NCBI GenBank assembly: GCA_965227885.1
Contig: OZ245781.1
Coordinates: forward strand, 5,640,694 to 5,672,693
Reading direction: 5' to 3'
Length of the DNA: 32,000 bases
Origin: Candidatus Azotimanducaceae bacterium
GTDB taxonomy: Bacteria > Pseudomonadota > Gammaproteobacteria > Pseudomonadales > Azotimanducaceae
Under the pieces are notes generated by a model. The model was not told where the DNA came from and ran no database searches. It saw nothing but the letters and a program-made list of their open reading frames with translations. This document shows, piece after piece, positions 29,657 through 32,000 of this stretch; within the stretch, counting starts at the first letter, position 1; each line of letters begins with the position of its first letter. The position numbers and the translations under genes were made by a program.

Positions 29657-31345
29657 CTAACTACGCATCAAAACGCCGGGGGTCGCTCCCGTGTGTTCAT
29701 TGTGATCCAGCAGCACCTCGCCAGCCACGATGGTTTTGCTGATGCCTTCTGCCACCTGCTTCAAGCGCTGCGCACCTGCAGGCAGGTCATGCACCACCTC
29801 AGGCATCGCAGGCCCAACGGTGTCGGGATCAAGGACCACCAGATCCGCATCCATACCCTCACGTACAAGACCTTTATTATGCAAGCCCCACATCGTTGCG
29901 GTGTTGTAGGTGATCTGGCGCACCGCTTCTTCAAGCGACATCGCTTCCTTCTCGCGCACCCAATAGCTCAAGAGATGGGTTTGCAGGGAACTGTCCATAA
30001 TCTGCGAGACGTGTGCGCCGGAATCGGAGAACGTCACAACAGAACGCGGATGTTTCATCATCTCCAGCACATGGTCCTGATCTTCGTTGGCGATCGGCGT
30101 GCGGAAGAACATCTTCAGATCTTTTTCCAGCGCCATGTCGAGCATCAGTTCCACCGGGTCGACGCCGCGTTGCGCTGCTATGTCCGCCATGGACGGTTTG
30201 TCGTAAACCATGTCGTCCATGGGGAACACATAGTTCCAATCAGGTGGACGCAGCTCCGCACCGACGATCCGCGGTCCGGTGTACTCCTGATTGGCTATCT
30301 CCACGAGCTTGGCGCGCAGCTCCGGATTTTCGAGTTTTGCCTTCTGTTCTGCCAGCGGCAGCGAACGAATGTCACGCCACACATCCCAGTTGTCATACGG
30401 GAGGTTACTTTCAAAGGAGAGAATGTTGTTCAACGCCCGGCTGTGCACCTGGGCAAACATGCGTCCACCTGCAGCCGCTGTTTCGTCCAGCAGGTCGAAG
30501 TAGGGACGCCAGAAATCCGGTGCCACTTTGACACTGAACATACCCCAGGTTTGCGTTACCCCGGATTCGACAGCCAGGTCGCGCAGACGCTCGTGATACT
30601 CGCGGATACGCTCCGGGTCGCGTCCGGGCGCCTCACCGGCAAGCTCAAATACACCCTTACCTGTCTCACCGACCGCATTCACAATCGCACGCACTTCGTC
30701 CCAATTGGCCAGACGACTGGCGACAGGACGGTCATCGGCGGTCAGATGGTTGAACGTGCGCGACGTGGAGAAACCGATGGCGCCGGCTTCCATGGCCTCT
30801 TTCACCGTGTGCTGCATCAGACGGACGTCGTCTTCATTCGCCTCATCGGTAAACGCGCGCTCGCCCATGGTGTAAGTACGCAGCGCCGAGTGGCCTATGT
30901 AACCGGCGTAGTTGATGCCCTTGGGCAGCGCATCCAGCGCATCCAGATATTCGGGAAATGTCTCCCAGCTCCAGTCAATGCCGGTGAGCATGGCTTCGCG
31001 GGACAGATCTTCAGCACGTTCCAGATTTCTGAAGACAAAGTCGGCGTCTTCCTGCTTGCAGGGTGCCAGTGTGAACCCGCAGTTACCCATCACCACGCTG
31101 GTCACACCGTGGTAGCAGCTGCATGAACCGATCGGATCCCAGAACACCTGCGCATCCATATGTGTGTGGCCATCGACGAAGCCGGGGGTCACCACCTGCC
31201 CTTCGGCATCGATGGTTTGTTTGGCTTTTTCGTTCACACGACCGATTTTTGCAATACGCCCATCCTGGACAGCAACATCAGCCCGATAACGCGCACCACC
31301 GGAACCGTCCACAACCACGCCATTTTTGATCAGCAAGTCGTACAT
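29657..31345 (-). CDS. D-aminoacylase (N-acyl-D-amino-acid deacylase), amidohydrolase superfamily
   Basis: MYDLLIKNGVVVDGSGGARYRADVAVQDGRIAKIG...VTPGFVDGHTHMD is present, along with the later metal ligands and ITYNTATMWGL..RGLVREGMDADLVVLDP. The protein is 562 aa. Confidence 0.9.
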   Translation of the reverse strand: MYDLLIKNGVVVDGSGGARYRADVAVQDGRIAKIGRVNEKAKQTIDAEGQVVTPGFVDGHTHMDAQVFWDPIGSCSCYHGVTSVVMGNCGFTLAPCKQEDADFVFRNLERAEDLSREAMLTGIDWSWETFPEYLDALDALPKGINYAGYIGHSALRTYTMGERAFTDEANEDDVRLMQHTVKEAMEAGAIGFSTSRTFNHLTADDRPVASRLANWDEVRAIVNAVGETGKGVFELAGEAPGRDPERIREYHERLRDLAVESGVTQTWGMFSVKVAPDFWRPYFDLLDETAAAGGRMFAQVHSRALNNILSFESNLPYDNWDVWRDIRSLPLAEQKAKLENPELRAKLVEIANQEYTGPRIVGAELRPPDWNYVFPMDDMVYDKPSMADIAAQRGVDPVELMLDMALEKDLKMFFRTPIANEDQDHVLEMMKHPRSVVTFSDSGAHVSQIMDSSLQTHLLSYWVREKEAMSLEEAVRQITYNTATMWGLHNKGLVREGMDADLVVLDPDTVGPAMPEVVHDLPAGAQRLKQVAEGISKTIVAGEVLLDHNEHTGATPGVLMRS

Positions 31346-31454
31346 AACCCCTACCCTCTATCTGTTCTCGTAACCTCTCTGGGCCCTATCTTAGCACCAT
31401 CACCTTGACGTGGTAGGATCGCGCTTTTCCTAGACAGTCACCGAGCTACGTACA

Positions 31455-32000
31455 TTGTCCGTCGCCATATCAAGCGAGCACCCAAGACTCGCCTACACGG
31501 TTCATGAGGGCCAAGGCCCCTACCTGATTCTGCTGCACGGCTTTTTGTCGTCACAGCGCCAGTGGCTGTTAAACACCGCGGCGTTGAGTAGCATTTGTCG
31601 TCCCGTCACCGTCGATCTCTACGGTCATGGTGCCTCACCTGCCCCCGAAGACCCGGAAAGTTATACGGTTGATCACTACGTTGCCGAGATCAAGCTCATT
31701 CAGGAACAGCTGGGTGGGGAGCCCGCTTATCTGTGTGGCTACTCGCTGGGCGCCGGAATCATGATGCGATATGCACACACCTATCCTGAAACCGTGCGCG
31801 CACTGATTATCACCAACTCCCAATCTGGTTTCGCCAGCCCGGAGCTGATCAGCGAATGGCAGTCCGGGGCGGCAAAAAGCGCCGAAGGCATCCTCACCAA
31901 GGGTAAGGCTGCCATCCGCAAGATTGCGGTACACCCCCGTTTTGCCAAGCGGCTACCGGACGTCGTTTACAAGGTGCTGATGGAAGACGCGGAGTTGCTA
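31455..32000 (+). CDS. Alpha/beta-fold hydrolase, 3'-truncated by the window edge (not in the supplied ORF track)
   Basis: My own translation from TTG at 31455 is open to the end of the window (182 codons). It reads LSVAISSEHPRLAYTVHEGQGPYLILLHGFLSSQRQW...DLYGHGASP...AYLCGYSLGAGIMMRYAHTYPETVRALIITNS. The HG oxyanion motif and the G-Y-S-L-G nucleophile elbow are present. An in-frame TAG at 31431-31433 closes the frame upstream. Confidence 0.75.
   Translation, partial: MSVAISSEHPRLAYTVHEGQGPYLILLHGFLSSQRQWLLNTAALSSICRPVTVDLYGHGASPAPEDPESYTVDHYVAEIKLIQEQLGGEPAYLCGYSLGAGIMMRYAHTYPETVRALIITNSQSGFASPELISEWQSGAAKSAEGILTKGKAAIRKIAVHPRFAKRLPDVVYKVLMEDAELL

Noticed and set aside
29651-31126. A 491-aa plus-strand ORF, one of the longest in the track
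   Set aside because: It is the antisense shadow of the D-aminoacylase gene. Its translation is His/Arg/Val/Gly-rich and low in complexity, with no recognisable motifs. The minus-strand frame has clear amidohydrolase motifs along its whole length.
31635-31934. A 99-aa minus-strand ORF at the right edge
   Set aside because: It runs antisense to the alpha/beta hydrolase frame, which carries the HG and GYSLG motifs.

Overview
The window looks like a moderately GC-rich proteobacterial chromosome segment, probably from an environmental or marine gammaproteobacterium; the taxon is inference. It is mostly housekeeping and catabolic genes interrupted by one clearly accessory segment. All homology calls come from motif recognition in the translated ORFs, with no database search.

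Gene content from left to right:
- **1-4180:** the 3' end of a PiuC/YbiX-type hydroxylase and an iron(III)-type ABC importer. The ATPase and binding protein are on the minus strand, with a Fur-box-like palindrome between them. The fused two-domain permease is divergent.
- **4177-5556:** a TauD-family dioxygenase preceded by an AhpD/carboxymuconolactone-decarboxylase-like gene. Its only interruption is an in-frame TGA exactly at the second Cys of the CxxC motif, followed by a SECIS-like hairpin. It is either a candidate selenoprotein or a nonsense pseudogene.
- **5672-9378:** a PEP-CTERM protein built from four near-identical 174-bp repeats, then an 867-aa CadC/OmpR-type winged-helix, membrane and TPR regulator.
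- **9477-12823:** a truncated-hemoglobin fusion to an MddA/ICMT-like membrane methyltransferase that retains an internal SD+ATG, then an ECF sigma, anti-sigma and secreted coiled-coil protein operon.
- **12855-17185:** an NHEJ locus. ku is co-transcribed with a MerR-HTH/TPR protein and is divergent from a three-domain ligD.
- **17256-19207:** an Erm/KsgA-family rRNA methyltransferase and a DUF21-CBS (CNNM) membrane protein.
- **About 19250-26588:** a more AT-rich accessory segment ending at the 3' end of tRNA-Arg(TCG). It holds a 1588-codon RHS/YD-repeat protein with cadherin-like, TSP3-like and two LamG domains and a 150-aa C-terminal domain resembling Tlde1/DUF2778 L,D-transpeptidase-fold toxins. 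A signal-peptide-bearing candidate immunity gene overlaps its stop, and a Sel1-repeat protein follows.
- **The RHS gene is damaged at its 5' end.** It is truncated next to the tRNA and split by a 1312-bp ISL3-family element with 41-bp inverted repeats and a perfect 8-bp target duplication. Its apparent ATG lies inside the IS inverted repeat.
- **26725-32000:** a Tat-signal amidase, a PaiB-like protein, an AHL-lactonase-like MBL hydrolase and a D-aminoacylase, all on the minus strand. A divergent alpha/beta hydrolase runs off the window and is absent from the ORF track.

No CRISPR array, rRNA or prophage structural genes were seen.
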